NCBI GenBank assembly: GCA_002269645.1
Contig: NIVC01002201.1
Location: 95,555 to 133,422, forward strand
Direction of reading: 5' to 3'
Length of the DNA: 37,868 bases
Source: Macrostomum lignano
Lineage: Eukaryota
A model generated the notes under the pieces. It did no database searches and was not told the DNA's origin. It saw nothing but the letters and a program-made list of their open reading frames with translations. This document shows, piece after piece, positions 31,901 through 37,868 of the stretch. The position numbers and the translations under genes were made by a program. Each line of letters opens with the position of its first letter. Within the stretch, counting starts at the first letter, position 1.

Positions 31901-33856
31901 CTCCACCGACGACTTCAAGTAGTGGCATCGGCGGAGTAGCGTCTGGCGGTGCGGCTGTTGGCGACTCGCTGCTTTCACTGGTCTCCGACTCCATTGGTGG
32001 GGGTCTGACCAGCGGTGACGAGGACGACAACACAGATGGAGGAGTCAGCGGTCGCGGCGGTCGCGATGGCGGCTGCGACACAGACCTGGATGCACTTCGC
32101 GGCCTGCAGAGCGACGACGGCGAGATCAGCGACGTTCTGGTGAGCGACATCGACGAGGACTGCACCAACTTTTTCCAATACGTGCCGCAGGCGTACAGAC
32201 CGTCGGCGCCGCCGTCTCTGCAGACACGACAGCGGCAACTGCGGCAAACGACATCGGTAGTGACAGTCGATTTAGAGGGAACTGCAATGCAGGTATGACC
32301 TTACCTTTTTATTTAAATTATAGTGTGTAAAGAAACGGTTTTTTAATAGTTCAATGAACTCCAAAAACATTGAACCAGGAGAGCCAGAGGCAGCACTGAT
32401 GCGCGCCTGGCCAGAAGAGGCAGCCGCTGCCGCCCTCTCTGACGCGGACCCGTCCTACTGCGAGCCTCCGGTCACGGCATCGTACCCTCCACCCGGGTCA
32501 GAGCCGCCGACGCCGGTACCCGCGCAGCGTCGGCTGCCGCAAGTGGCGCCGGTTGGCCTGCCGAACTTTGGCTTTTTACCGCCGACTTCCACTGCAAGCG
32601 TGGCCATCTCTAGCGAAGATCTTGGCAGAGTAAGCGACGGAGAAGTCCTGTTGACGCCATTGAACGCCGGACGTAGATTGCCAGCTCCGAGACCGCGCCA
32701 GCCCAGGCAGAAAACTGGAGAATATGACAACGGCGGAGACACCGACTTCGACGAGTACGGCTACGAAACTAGAGCCGAGGATGACGAAGATGAAGAGGAG
32801 GCTGGCTATTCGTGCGATGTTCCGTCGAGCGCGTACGAAACGCACTCTGAGGCGGAAGATGCGCCAGGGCTCAGGCGCAGCTTTGGCTACAACGGGTACA
32901 GCGGCCACCGGGGTGGCTATCAGAACGGCTTCGGCCGGCTGTTGCAGCCGCCGCATCAAGCTTCCTCACTGACGCCGAACGACACAACTTCGACGCCGGC
33001 ATCCAAGAAGTCCGACTACGACAACATGACCGACGAGTCCGACTTCCCGCAGCGGCTGCGAGCTGCCGGTCTGCCGTTTGCTATCGGCAGCGGCATGGAA
33101 GACAGCTTTCACGAGCGCATCGCCGCGGAGGCACGTCGAATTAGCAGCGTCTTCCGGCGCGACTTCTGCATGCCGGACGGAGCAGACTTATCCGAGGGCG
33201 AGGTGCCCGACCGGCTGTGCCACCGGCAGACTCTTGCGGCGCTGTTGGCTCCGATGCAGCCCACAGAGCAGCAGGGGAAGCAGCAGGCGCTGCCAGTGCC
33301 GCTTCAGCGGGGCAACTCGCACGATCGGACTCGGCCATCCAGCGGCCTGTCTATGTTCGGCTCGCTCGACCGGGCCAGTCGAGGTCAGAACTCGACCCCG
33401 GGTCAGCCTCGCTTCCGAATGCATCATCAACAGCCGCTGCAGCACCAGTCGGCCGTTGCTGTCAACGGAACATCGCCAGATTGCGCCCTACGACGGGCAT
33501 CGAGCCTCGATCAGCTGCAGGCCGCAGTCGCCAACGCGTCGGCGGTCGCCGCCGCCGCGGCTACCCTGGAGCTAGGCGCCGACGCCGACGCGGCCGACTT
33601 GGCCGCACGAAACGGCGTCATTAATGGGCAGGCGCGCGGACTGCCGCAAAGTTTCCAACGGTTCGTGGCTCGTCACGGCAAAATGCGCAGCGTCCTGCCA
33701 CCGGAGCTGCAGCGCTACATCCTGCCCGGCTGCATCAGCAGCAGCTCTCTGGCCACCAGCGTCGAGTACCCGAGCGATCCGAGCATGCAGTACAGCGCCT
33801 ACGAATCCGAGTACGATAATTACTATTACGAACCGAGAAAGTCCACAGTGGTATAA
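13019..33856 (+). CDS. ADCY: Transmembrane class III adenylyl cyclase homologue (M1-C1-M2-C2 plus very long tail), probably catalytically inactive: join(13019..13951,17678..17827,19553..19668,20057..20168,21360..21487,22950..23108,24134..24284,25047..25196,25725..25768,25844..26069,26847..26944,27026..27110,27637..27732,27829..28260,28932..29051,30094..32292,~32324/32350..33856), about 2,240 aa
   Basis: Exons 1-16 join through GT-AG introns with matching phases and no stops. Family motifs: ERLYRKY, SFLETKACI, ERLVQSVVP, IQGDEY, RVGINSG, GRILLS, LLKNLLPQHVA, RVLNDVICELD, MRVGIDLGP and FDIWG, with two hydrophobic TM clusters. The last junction is ambiguous (see findings). The subfamily is not assigned. 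Confidence 0.92.
14058..14430. repeat. 24-bp minisatellite (CATGGGTGACTCTCTGAGTGTCGT)n, ADCY intron 1
   Basis: 24-bp period, degenerating toward the right. Confidence 0.93.
15010..15570. repeat. 19-bp minisatellite (GTTAGATAGACACCTACCT)n, ADCY intron 1
   Basis: 19-bp period with variants. Confidence 0.92.
15590..15872. repeat. 22-bp minisatellite (CACCTGTTAGACAGAAGATAGA)n, ADCY intron 1
   Basis: 22-bp period; shares the CCTGTTAGA core with the adjacent 19-bp array. Confidence 0.92.
16480..17610. repeat. 15-bp minisatellite (GAATCTCACCCTTAG)n with degenerate flanks, ADCY intron 1
   Basis: 15-bp period, regular over about 16620-17365; explains the KGEIP ORF. Confidence 0.96.
17678..17827 (+). 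CDS. ADCY-like exon 2 (TM6 and coiled coil: LIASSLVLLCANLGG...ETYKL)
   Basis: ttttccag acceptor, GTGAGC donor, phase 0/0. Confidence 0.9.
17858..18120. repeat. ~29-bp minisatellite (TGGATATGGGAATTATGAAATTGGGGATT)n, intron 2
   Basis: About 29-bp period, degenerate. Confidence 0.85.
18895..19121. repeat. 26-bp minisatellite (GGGATTTGGGATCATAATGTAGAACA)n, intron 2
   Basis: 26-bp period. Confidence 0.92.
19553..19668 (+). CDS. ADCY-like exon 3 (ERLVQSVVP...TPYMS)
   Basis: cccacag acceptor, AG|GTTGGG donor, phase 0/2. Confidence 0.88.
19770..20020. repeat. ~12-bp degenerate minisatellite (AGACACTAAGAC / AGTCACTAAGAC), intron 3
   Basis: Recurrent CACTAAGAC core. Confidence 0.85.
20057..20168 (+). 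CDS. ADCY-like exon 4 (C1a: LMCASISGLT...LDQLAY)
   Basis: ccgcag acceptor, TAC|GTAAGT donor; aligns to the canonical ILFADIEGFT...FDKLAA. Confidence 0.88.
20655..21290. repeat. Purine-rich compound minisatellite (19-bp GGAGAGATGAAGGGAGAGT and a 46-bp unit containing AAATGTAGTGACGCAAAGC), intron 4
   Basis: Periods of 19 and 46 bp are visible. Confidence 0.93.
21360..21487 (+). CDS. ADCY-like exon 5 (EHQAFRVRIQGDEY...LLEMIG)
   Basis: ttcacag acceptor, GG|GTGAGC donor; aligns to RIKILGDCY. Confidence 0.9.
21645..22200. repeat. Purine-rich 12-13-bp minisatellite (GAGAGATGAGGG / GAGAGATGCGGG)n, intron 5
   Basis: Recurrent GGAGAGAT core. Confidence 0.95.
22950..23108 (+). CDS. ADCY-like exon 6 (EARVGINSG...ACPPG)
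   Basis: tttgcag acceptor, GG|GTGAGC donor; aligns to MRVGIHSG...GGKAG. Confidence 0.9.
23170..24092. repeat. 25/26-bp minisatellite (AGGGTGAGATTTCTAAGTTTATCTCA / AGGGTGAGATTTCTAAATTCTTCTC), intron 6
   Basis: Alternating 25- and 26-bp units. Confidence 0.95.
24134..24284 (+). CDS. ADCY-like exon 7 (GRILLSKSTY...RQLMS)
   Basis: ctaccag acceptor, TCC|GTGAGT donor; aligns to GRIHITKAT. Confidence 0.88.
24398..24990. repeat. 11-bp minisatellite (GCATAGCAACC)n with a ~119-bp higher-order unit, intron 7
   Basis: The TGATCGG marker recurs at 24521, 24640, 24759 and 24888. Confidence 0.94.
25047..25196 (+). CDS. ADCY-like exon 8 (C1b)
   Basis: ttgcag acceptor, ATG|GTAATT donor, phase 0/0. Confidence 0.82.
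25310..25640. repeat. Degenerate ~36-40-bp tandem repeat with a palindromic AGGTCAGTTGACCC core, intron 8
   Basis: Core at 25448, 25484, 25591 and 25626, partial at 25313; recurrent AATCTATAGGGG. Confidence 0.8.
25725..25768 (+). CDS. ADCY-like exon 9 (44 nt, KLTEELLKCQPSGKI)
   Basis: ctttcag acceptor, AT|GTAAGA donor; supplies the phase 0->2 change needed between exons 8 and 10. Confidence 0.78.
25844..26069 (+). CDS. ADCY-like exon 10 (...MNPVTLKFSTQAKENE)
   Basis: NAGNAG acceptor (25844 or 25847), GAG|GTGAGC donor. Confidence 0.82.
26170..26710. repeat. 11-bp minisatellite (GCATAGCAACC)n, intron 10 (same family as intron 7)
   Basis: Same unit and orientation as 24398-24990. Confidence 0.9.
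26847..26944 (+). CDS. ADCY-like exon 11 (TM7)
   Basis: ttccag acceptor, AG|GTGAGC donor; YHRQEDHTFG aligns to YSKQVDDRFG. Confidence 0.87.
27026..27110 (+). CDS. ADCY-like exon 12 (TM8)
   Basis: ttttag acceptor, AAG|GTGAGC donor; hydrophobic helix. Confidence 0.87.
27212..27462 (-). mobile_element. tRNA-derived SINE, family A, copy 2 (ADCY intron 12)
   Basis: Homologous to 6736-6974; the minus strand starts TAGCCCAGTGG (A box) and contains GGCTCGATTCC (B box). Confidence 0.8.
27637..27732 (+). CDS. ADCY-like exon 13 (TM9)
   Basis: cgacag acceptor, GTG|GTGAGC donor, phase 0/0, hydrophobic. Confidence 0.85.
27829..28260 (+). CDS. ADCY-like exon 14 (TM10-12: CPLPDFIY...FIKL...RQEFQWKSQ)
   Basis: ttttcag acceptor, CAG|GTGAGC donor; aligns to the C.FPEY...LK...RLDFLWK pattern. 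Confidence 0.9.
28288..28533 (+). mobile_element. tRNA-derived CORE-like SINE, family B (ADCY intron 14)
   Basis: A box TAGCCTAGTGG and B-box-like GGTTTCATTCTCG. The segment 28376-28431, TCTTGAGCAAGGCATTTAACTCTGCATTGCTTCAGATCACCCAGCTGTAAAATGGG, aligns with the MIR/CORE consensus as I recall it (CCTTGGGCAAGTCACTTAACCTCTCTGTGCCTCAGTTTCCTCATCTGTAAAATGGG). A second copy is at 9392-9630. Confidence 0.8.
28932..29051 (+). CDS. ADCY-like exon 15 (SAENQHDM...LLKNLLPQHVALHF)
   Basis: tttttcag acceptor, GTG|GTGAGT donor; aligns to LLHNILPKDVAAHF. Confidence 0.9.
30094..32292 (+). CDS. ADCY-like exon 16 (C2a domain and first half of the disordered tail)
   Basis: acacag acceptor; starts DLYAQEY (canonical ELYYQS); CAG|GTATGA donor. 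Confidence 0.9.
32324..33856 (+). CDS. ADCY-like terminal exon (about 500 aa disordered tail ending RKSTVV); 5' boundary uncertain
   Basis: A 500-aa non-repetitive ORF with the same codon style follows a short AT-rich intron-like spacer. Acceptors at 32323 (in frame) or 32349 (out of frame by one base) are possible. Confidence 0.7.
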   Translation, partial: CVKKRFFNSSMNSKNIEPGEPEAALMRAWPEEAAAAALSDADPSYCEPPVTASYPPPGSEPPTPVPAQRRLPQVAPVGLPNFGFLPPTSTASVAISSEDLGRVSDGEVLLTPLNAGRRLPAPRPRQPRQKTGEYDNGGDTDFDEYGYETRAEDDEDEEEAGYSCDVPSSAYETHSEAEDAPGLRRSFGYNGYSGHRGGYQNGFGRLLQPPHQASSLTPNDTTSTPASKKSDYDNMTDESDFPQRLRAAGLPFAIGSGMEDSFHERIAAEARRISSVFRRDFCMPDGADLSEGEVPDRLCHRQTLAALLAPMQPTEQQGKQQALPVPLQRGNSHDRTRPSSGLSMFGSLDRASRGQNSTPGQPRFRMHHQQPLQHQSAVAVNGTSPDCALRRASSLDQLQAAVANASAVAAAAATLELGADADAADLAARNGVINGQARGLPQSFQRFVARHGKMRSVLPPELQRYILPGCISSSSLATSVEYPSDPSMQYSAYESEYDNYYYEPRKSTVV

Positions 33857-34787
33857 AATTGATATCGAGTCATTAACACCGCGTTCCACAGACAACGCAT
33901 CTCGACGGTATGAATTTGTCCCTGTGTAACTTTTAAAGATTGTTTCTAAATAGCTTGTACGTTTACTGTTGATCTCGCGATATTTAACGATTTTCGTCAG
34001 TCAATCAGGTGTATCATGCTGGTTTTGAATTTACTCTCTTGGCAACTTAAATAGTAGACTTTTTGTAAATAATTTTGTCTAAACATTTTAGCGGCTTTTA
34101 TTTAGCATTTGCATGCCGACTTTTAAGTAGAGTAGATAGACCGCTTATATTTATCGATTGCTTTTGACAACACAGCTAAAAATGTGCATTAGCCTACTGC
34201 TAGTAGCGTACTGTGTGCTTTATAATACTTTCACCCGAAAATGTCGGGTGCTACGCAAATTGCTTGAGTATTTAGATTTTGAAAATATTACTTTTTCGGC
34301 TCAGACATAAACTGGTTAACTCTTTTGAACATTTGACAATACACGCAAACGCAAGATAAGATGCGAGATTGTGCACTATGAAGAAAATATCAGAGAGTGC
34401 TTTTAAAATTTAAAACGTATTTTTGAGTCCAACAACAATAATGGATATTTGATTATGAGGGTAATATTACCAAAGCTCTGTTGTCAGGAGCGTCGCCAAC
34501 GGGGGGACAGGGGGGACATGTCTATTGCATCTATATTGGCTTGCTAGACTATTTGTCGCTAAAACGCAAAATTTTTTCAAAATATTTCATTTAAACACAG
34601 TGTTCGACAAAAGTTTTTTAAATAGATTTTTTGGGGGTAGCGTTTTAATATTAATCAGAGTGTTCCGACTGTCCGCCTCAATTAGTTAATAAATCCAAGC
34701 TTGTTTCAATCTTGATTCATGGGAGTGTCGATCAGATCTTGTTTATCGTGGTAGAGGTGGTCTGGTTAGTAGCTTTGCTGTTGTTTG

Positions 34788-36352
34788 TCACTTGGTAGTC
34801 GCGGTGTTGGCCTTAGGCGATCCTTTGTCGCGCTGGCAGAAGATAGTTTGGATCACTGCCAGCCGGATTTGCCGATTGCTCAGGTGCACCAAAGATGATG
34901 ACAGCCGAATGGCAGGTGAGCCAGCCAAGTTACGAACAGGTGAACCCGGGCGGAACCACAGTGTTGCTGACGTCCACCAGAATGACAACAGTGTAGGGTA
35001 TCCAGCAGACGCAGAAGGCTACGATCATAGCCAGCAATGTACGGCAAGCTCGTGCTGTCTCTCGCCAGACAGCGCTTGGTCGAGGCGTTGGCTTGTCCAG
35101 ATGAGACGTGACGGCGGCGAGAAGGCGAAGCTTTGTAGAGTGAACCTTGACTAGGACTTTTATATTAGCGGCCAGCATCAGAGTCAGCGGGAAAGAGATC
35201 AGACCGACGCCGACAAAGAATGTGTACGACGAGGACGCCGTTCTCTGCCAAGCGCAGCTCTCGCTTTTCGATCGTAGAAATGGCCGCCCCAACCGAGAAA
35301 GTTACCAGCTCGGCTGTCAGGCTCAGCACCCAGCACAGGCAGCACTGCACAATGGCCTTTCGTCGGCTGAATAGGCTCTTGTACATTCGGTTGTGAGATG
35401 AATACCGTTCTGGATGCGTGGTGATGCAGATGCCAGACTGAAGAAGGCGCAGAAGCAGGCTGTCAGGCACAGCGAAGCGACCAGAGTGCAAAGTTCAGGT
35501 CTCTCAGTCAGATATTTTTCGCCTTTAATGGCAGCTGGAGGGGAAACGGAGACGCTTTTTACATTCAAGTAGCTTCGTTTCGACGTGTCTCAGGTACTAT
35601 GTCAGTGTGTTATTGTGACTCCAGCGACGTGTCTTCTTGGACCTACCAGACTTAAGACTTGATGGATGTATCCTTGACCACAAAAGACCCAAAACTAGCT
35701 CCAGTGATGTGTCTTGAATAGCCTAAGACCCACGACTCAGCGATGCTCATCATTGACCGCGCCTAGACTCAAGACTCCAGTGATGCATCATTGACCCACC
35801 TAAAACACAGGCCTCCAGCAATGTACCATTGACCCATCAAACCCCTAAGACTCCAGCGATGCATCATTGACCCGCCTAAGACCCAAGACGCCAGGGATGG
35901 TGTATCGTTGGCCCACCTAAGACCCAAGACGCCAGGGATGGTGTATCGTTGGCCCACCTAAGACCCAAGACTCCAGGGATGGTGTATCGTTGGCCACCTA
36001 AGACGAGATCAACTGAGATTCGAGCAGATAGGACACGACAGCCAGTTAATTCTGACCTTACATACACTGTTCAATAGCAACAGCAACTCACGACAATGCA
36101 CAGAGGATCGGCCAGTCCAGTGGACGCACAGATCAGCCAAGCACATGTTGGCCATGAACTCCCGGCCAACCTTCTGCACATCGGGCCGAGCCAACAGGGT
36201 AATAAAAATGGCGATATTGCTAAAAACCCAATGACCATGGCGAGGGAAGTCAGACTCACGTAGGGATAGAAAACAATGGGATCAGAGTCGATCAGAGCTG
36301 GTAGGTGCTCAAAAGCAGTCTCCAGTTCGGTAACCGTATCGTTAGCAGTCAT
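34788..36352 (-). pseudogene. Class A GPCR, melatonin-receptor/Tre1-Moody-like, 2 exons (36092..36352, 34788..35534), interrupted by at least 7 frame changes; a pseudogene or an intact gene with consensus errors
   Basis: Motifs recovered by switching frames: TM1 GFL-GN-IAI, TM2 NMCLADLCV, TM3 C...SL..RY, TM4 CW, ECL2 NFLGWGGHFYDRK-SESCAW, TM5 FPL, TM6 FCVCWIPY, TM7 WLAHL, and the tail LSNRQIR...TTK*. Confidence 0.75.
35720..36003. repeat. ~41-bp minisatellite (GACCCAAGACGCCAGGGATGGTGTATCGTTGGCCCACCTAA)n in the GPCR intron
   Basis: 41-bp period on the right, diverged units on the left. Confidence 0.88.
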
Positions 36353-36902
36353 GATGTATTTTTTAAGTTGTTTTACTAGTTTAAACATTAAAAAACGATT
36401 TTTACAACTCTTTAATAACGCTAAAAACCGCTGTATAGCTTCAACAGGCGAGTTGGGACTCCAACAGTTTATCGGTAGCCAGTGTCAAAATGTGCAGCGA
36501 AAATTTCCAGCAAAGATTCGAGAGGCCTTTATATAGCAATTTTTTCGCGGAGTAAATCTTTTCAGCGCAAAGCAGCTTTCCTCCTGTTAATCCGCTAATT
36601 ACAAGGTGATAATTGGTTGCCCACGTCGTTTGAGCATTTTCATTTGGAAGAAAACGCCAAATGGATTACTTTATTTTTGGAATTTTCCTTCCCAGGAAAT
36701 GATTGGCAAAGACAATCTGCTTAGGTCTGATTGGGAAAATCTGGACAAAATTGAAGTGTTTTCCGTCACAGATGCGACTGTGATTTGCGGATTAAGCGTT
36801 TTACGTCAGGATTATTCCTTTTATAGATGCGAGGATTGACGATTTCATCTCAAAAACAAAAATATCAGAAAAGAAAAATATTTTTTAGAATAATTACACG
36901 TA

Positions 36903-37630
36903 GATGAGGCAGATGCAGCTCGACTGGACTATACCAAAGCAGATGCAGCTGAGGCAGATGCAGCTGAGGCAGATGAAGCTGAGACAGATGAAGCTGAGAC
37001 AGATAAAGCTGAGACAGATGCAGCTGAGACAGATGAAGCTGAGAAAGATGAAGCTGAGGCAGATGAAGCTGAGGCAGATGCAGCTCGACTGGACTATACC
37101 AAAGCAGATGCAGCTGAGGCAGATGCAGCTGAGGCAGATGAAGCTGAGACAGATGAAGCTGAGGCAGATGAAGCTGAGGCAGATGCAGCTCGACTCGACT
37201 ATACCAAAGCAGATGAAGCTGAGACAGATGAAGCTGAGACAGATAAAGCTGAGACAGATGCAGCTGAGACAGATGAAGCTGAGAAAGATGAAGCTGAGGC
37301 AGATGAAGCTGAGGCAGATGCAGCTCGACTCGACTATACAAAGCAGATGCAGCTGAGCAGATGAAGCTGAGACAGATGCAGCTGAGACAGATGCAGCTGA
37401 AGCAGATGAAGCTGAGACAGATGCAGCTGAGACAGATGAGCTGAGGCAGATGCACTTGAGGCAGATGAAGCTGAGGCAGATGCACTTGAGGCAGATGAAG
37501 CTGAGGCAGATGAAGCTGAGACAGATGCAGCTGAGGCAGATGAAGCTGAGGCAGATATGAAGCTGAGACAGATGCAGCTGAGACAGATGAAGCTGAGAAA
37601 GATGAAGCTGAGGCAGATGCAATTGAGGCA
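36903..37630. repeat. 15-bp minisatellite (GCAGATGAAGCTGAG)n with a recurrent CTCGACTGGACTATACCAAA variant
   Basis: 15-bp period; the variant marker is spaced 165, 105 and 135 bp apart, all multiples of 15. Confidence 0.95.
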
Positions 37631-37868
37631 GCCAAGGTGCCATAATAAAATAAAGAAAGTGTTCACCAAGTGCAGGTTACTTCCATATCTACAGGTCCTG
37701 TTAAAACTGCTGTTACAGTCCTTAGTAATTTATTCCAACATTGCTACACTGCAAATTGGTTGATCATAAAAATTGAATATTTTTATGATGATTCTAAAAG
37801 TACAAACAAAATAGAGTTTGAGCAAATTAGACCCTAGGGATCACTACACATCTACAAATATTTTCGCT

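Noticed and set aside
30205-33856. The 697-aa and 500-aa ORFs as standalone genes
   Set aside because: The 697-aa ORF starts at a GTG inside exon 16, whose frame is open back to the acceptor at 30094. The 500-aa ORF follows only about 55 nt of intron-like sequence with no room for a promoter, although transcript proof is lacking.
34485-34522. CAGGAGCGTCGCCAACGGGGGGACAGGGGGGACATGTC, resembling a MITE terminus
   Set aside because: Only one end is visible; no matching inverted repeat or TSD was found.
36865-37669. QLHLPQLHL and RQMKL repeat ORFs
   Set aside because: They are translations of the 15-bp minisatellite, with frames broken by 1-nt dropouts.

Overview
This is animal genomic DNA with spliced genes. 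GC-rich exons and minisatellite-filled introns suggest a free-living flatworm such as Macrostomum; that is an inference, not verified. I reconstructed four genes by hand from GT-AG sites and reading phase. (1) A 5-exon Rab34/Rab36-family GTPase on the minus strand (7279->457, 277 aa, ends -CCN). (2) An intronless, signal-peptide-bearing gene (6015->5107, 302 aa) with its own TATA box, nested on the same strand inside Rab intron 2. (3) A 17-exon transmembrane class III adenylyl-cyclase homologue on the plus strand (13019-33856, about 2,240 aa). It has lost most canonical catalytic residues in C1 and C2 and carries a tail of about 1,000 aa with repeated acidic YDN motifs, Pro-rich motifs and a terminal PDZ ligand. 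This candidate pseudo-cyclase/scaffold is the most interesting item in the window. (4) A 2-exon melatonin-receptor/Tre1-like class A GPCR on the minus strand (36352->34788) broken by many 1-nt indels, either consensus errors or a pseudogene. Non-coding content includes a solo LTR with a 4-bp TSD whose empty site is preserved nearby, two tRNA-derived SINE families (one with a CORE-like domain), a MITE-like element, a TACATGTA-rich zone and about 18 tandem arrays. Most long ORFs in the supplied track are artefacts of these arrays. No rRNA, bona fide tRNA or CRISPR array was found.
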